A stretch of DNA of 64,000 nt from Selaginella moellendorffii (lineage: Eukaryota; Plantae; Lycopodiophyta). The translations under genes were made by a program, and so were the position numbers. Positions 60,432-64,000 of the stretch are shown piece by piece (the first letter of the stretch is position 1; each line of letters starts with the position of its first letter). A model generated the notes under the pieces. That model was not told the origin of the DNA. It made no database searches and saw only the letters and a list, made by a program, of their open reading frames with translations. The stretch covers positions 67,261 to 131,260 of the forward strand of contig NW_003314312.1 in NCBI RefSeq assembly GCF_000143415.4, given 5' to 3'.

Positions 60432-62110
60432 TTTCGCTTCTTCCCTGTGAGCTTCTCCTCGATCGATCGATCGATTGAGGGAGGATTTGTCTAGCTCCTG
60501 CAGCAGGGGAGGAATGAGAAGCCCAAATTGAGAGCGCCGGTGCGTGGAATCGATTGCCCGGCCTTGCCCTGTTCTCCGATCGAATCGCCGCCTCTTTGCT
60601 CCGATCGAATCGAATGTTTGCGCTCTTCTTTGTGTGTTCTTCCTCTTCTTTTGTGCGTTGGAAAACGAGAGAAGAGAGAACACTGATCTATGCCAGCGTT
60701 TGAACTACCCTTTATACCCGCGCTGCCGCCCTCGGATGAGGGCCCATCCGACGGCTGCGCGGTCATGGCCATGGCCATGACTGGCATGACGTGGCAGAAA
60801 GATGCCCCGAGAATATTCTGGGCTGCGTCCTAACCCCTAGTTCGCTATAAGAAATTAAAACACATGGGCGGTAGAATCCTACCGTACGCACCTCGATTTC
60901 CGTACGAACTGTCACCAACCGCGGCGTCCAGGTGGTCGACCGGATTGTCAAGTTCGCGTGGCTGACGGGTGGATGGACTGGTGGGGGGCATGCGGGCTCA
61001 TGGTGAATATCTATCTTTTTCTTTTCTTTCTTGTGTGTATGTGGGGTTGTGATGTGCTGCGTGGAGAGACTAGCCACCTCCCTTCTATGTTTCGATCAAT
61101 CTGAAATGCCTTAAGAGTTATTTGCTTTGGTGGATTGATCCACAGTGTTTATGCAATATACCTATTATGGTTCTCTAGCATGCATTGTGTAGTTTTCTAT
61201 CTTCCTTGATTTCCTAGTACCACACGCTTAACAATTAAAGGAACTATTTGACAGGTGATTTATAATGGTTTAAATATGAAAAGAAGAGGTGTATAAATAA
61301 AAGTGCATTTTATTTTTCAATCGATTAAAGGTTTTGAGATGAGTAATATTGGGCTAGATGAAGTTTAAATTTAAAATTTTACATTTGGTATCATAGGGAT
61401 TTTAGGTTTGACTTTGGAAAAGTTTACAATTAATAGTTTACATCTGGTATCATAATGGTTTTAAGAATTATACCACATGTTGAGATTAAGATCTAGTAAG
61501 TTTAGCTTGCTTCTAGCTGGCTCAACCTAAGGGGTAGGGTGTCGCTAAACTTCCTTAAACTCTTAAGTATTGGTCCTAATTTTCAGATCCATATGAGAAT
61601 CAGCTAACCTTACAAGAAGATATTAAATAGCAAAACAAAATGCTAGAAACACTAGAATTAAGATTAATGTGTTATGTGCATGCTAAGATTCAACACAACT
61701 CTTGATCCAATGGACAATCAAAAGAGGGTAACATGAACAATTTGGGATGTTCTACATTCTTCTCATTGTCTCGTTCGTCTTGCTATATCACCCATCTCAT
61801 CACTTAGTCAAGGCCATAAATCAAGTGAAAGGTGGTGCAACAAAGAAATCCTTGTTGATCTAGTTGTCAAACCCTTATAAAAATCATACATAGATTTTAA
61901 TAATGTAAATTCTTTTGTAAATACTTTCATTGAAACTATTAGTCTCTTGTAGCATTTGCTTGTTAGTGTCAAAGGATTTTAACATTAGAATCAAAACATT
62001 TTAACACTTGAGGTATGTTAATGGTGGAGTGCTCTGTGACAATATTGCATGTTATGGAACATAACAAGTGGCTTCAAGTTTTGTGATGAAGTCACTTAGG
62101 AGATGGATGG

Positions 62111-63834
62111 TGTAAGTGACTAATTTTTTTCATTATACTTTAGTCACTTAACCATACCTCTAACCACTTAGAGGAGTCTTATTCACAACCTCCATAAGTT
62201 TAATTTCAAACTTAGGGCTTGCTCACCCCGAGAAGGGCATCCATGCCCCTCAACCTTTGCACTTGGTCCAAGTGCTCCACGTGTCTAATCCCATGATTGA
62301 CACTCCAAGGTACCACTAACATACCAGCCCGTTATGTTAGGCCATGCCCTTTCACCTTGGTCACATCGGTAGTTCAACACCACCTACATTGCAATCCCGT
62401 CTCTCCAAGACTGGGCCATCTGTCCATGAGTGGTCATCCCAGATCCACTCCTTAGCATCCTTAGGATGCCCGTAGACATGGGGAATAGCCTTCCCCAATA
62501 TCTCCTTTCCAGTCCTCACCAAGTCCCTTTTTGTCTATGGCTGTGTTCACTAACACTGCCACTAGATCAAGGCTCGCAAGCTTGACCTCTAAATCCCTCA
62601 ATCCTTTGGGACTTCCTCATCATGTGACCATATCCTTGGTCACTGCACTAGAGGACTACTCCTCTTCCCTTTCACCGTTTAGGACTTTGGGACAACATTT
62701 CGGAACACCGTGGCCTTACACAAGCCTCATGGGTACTCTCCCCACCTCTCGCCTTTTGGTGCTCTAGCCATGGGCTTAGAGCGAGGTTCCGTTGAGCCAC
62801 ACCAGGTATCTAAGTAGGTAGTGCCACCCACACTTGGACTGGGAGCATCGGCCAGTCGATCTCCCGGAGGAACTAGAGCCGGCTCTTGAACACTTCACCA
62901 AGCTACCCCGCTTGTCGGTCCGTATTCACTTTAGTCTTGGACTTCCCAGTGGGCAGCTCATCACCCGACACTAGGTCCGGCCTTCCTGGCCCAAACTGGC
63001 TCCACTGCAGTCCTCCCCCTACTATACTTTTGGAGCTCACCAAACCCCCTAGGGTCTGGGAGACGAACGCTTTGGGCTTTCACCCTCTCAGACTCGAACT
63101 CAGACTCGGACTCAGACTCGGACTCGGACTTGGACTCGGACTCGGACTCGAACTTAGACTCGGACTTGGACTCAAACTCGGACTCGGTCTCGGCCTCGGC
63201 CTCGGTCCCGATCTCGGTCTTGGTCTCGGTCTCGGTCTCGGTCTCGACCTCGGAGTCCATCTCAGGTCCTTCTCGGACTCCATCTCGGATTCCATCTCGG
63301 GTCCATCTCGGACTCCATCTCGGTCCATCTCGGACTCCATCTCGGACTCCATCTCGGGTCCGTCTCGGACTCAATCTTGGATCCATCTCGGGTCCATCTC
63401 GTGTGCATCTCGGACTCCACCTCGGACTCCATCTCGGACTTCGTCTCGGACTCCATCTTGGACTCCATCTTGGGTCCATCTCGGACTCCACCTCGGACTC
63501 CATCTTGGGTCCTTCTCGGGTCCACCTCGGACTCCATCTCGGGTCCTTCTTGGACTCCACTTCGAACTCCATTTCGGACTTCAACTCGGGTCCATCTTGG
63601 ACACTTCCACATGTCATGTGTTGGTCCTTTTTGGGTCCCTTTTTGGAGCCTCGCTTATTGCTTGCTTTGTGCTCATTCTTCAAGCACTTTGTTGAGAGTT
63701 CCACTCCCGCTCTTAACCTTTCAAGTCGGAGCTTTTAGTCCAAACATGTTACACTCATTTGGCTTTCGCTTAAACCACTACCACATGACACCCTTCCAGC
63801 TCCACTTTAGGGCCTAGGGATTTTGTGTCTTACA
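62111..63834 (-). mobile_element. Solo LTR (1724 bp) with 5-bp target-site duplication GATGG
   Basis: Termini TGTAAG (62111) and CTTACA (63834); GATGG at 62106-62110 and 63835-63839; internal hexamer array and a block shared with the LTR at 1903-2790; no internal retroelement coding sequence recognised. Confidence 0.9.
63088..63600 (-). repeat. Hexamer/dodecamer array (GAGTCC, GAGATGGAGTCC)n inside the solo LTR
   Basis: Directly visible (ggactc / tcggactccatc units on the + strand). Confidence 0.9.
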
Positions 63835-64000
63835 GATGGCTCATGGGCAGCATTGGGCATTCTTGTTCATAGTTTCACTAATATCTTTAAGAGTGTGTTT
63901 TTTATGTTGTTTTAGTTTCTATAGGACATTGAGGAATGTACATACACATTCATCTTTCTAGTGGCATTTATTTTACACAACTCACTAGAAAGTGAAATCT

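Larger units (their letters stand above)
51734..64000. repeat. Tandem segmental duplication, copy B (continues past the window edge)
   Basis: Collinear with copy A. The window end (gtggcattt.ttttacac.a...actagaaagtgaaatct) matches 47991-48030. Confidence 0.92.

Noticed and set aside
62711-62720. Internal GGCCTTACA as an alternative LTR end
   Set aside because: No matching TSD; the GATGG duplication supports the outer boundaries.
62886-63817. Several 116-269 aa low-complexity ORFs on both strands
   Set aside because: Produced by the same hexamer/dodecamer array inside the solo LTR.

Overview
Compact, gene-dense land-plant nuclear DNA with very short introns (about 50-70 nt), GC-rich coding sequence, PLS-type PPR genes and telo-boxes. 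These traits are most consistent with a lycophyte such as Selaginella (inferred, not proven). From left to right: the 3' end of a Ty3/Gypsy retrotransposon, an N gap and its probable 3' LTR; a frameshifted subtilase; a GT90 glycosyltransferase; ESF1; plastid RPL10; about 10 kb of decayed AT-rich TE sequence including a split and partly inverted Helitron; an intronless Crinkler/STAND-like NTPase plus nuclease-fold ORF; an ILK-type ankyrin (pseudo)kinase; a truncated PPR; ARO; TAF1B; an F-box/cullin-N-like fusion; lipin (PAH); and PLATZ. The rest is a ~10.8 kb tandem segmental duplication (CCDC86/Cgr1-PAL-PPR-ClpX) whose second copy carries a decayed Gypsy element, a solo LTR and a second PAL. 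Most notable observations: (1) the Gypsy integrase is interrupted by two small GT-AG introns whose removal restores the reading frame exactly; (2) the duplicated PAL is an intact ORF but has lost the catalytic Tyr and changed two substrate-pocket residues; (3) the Crinkler-like NTPase-REase gene; (4) the F-box + cullin-repeat fusion. All calls come from manual reading; no database searches were run.
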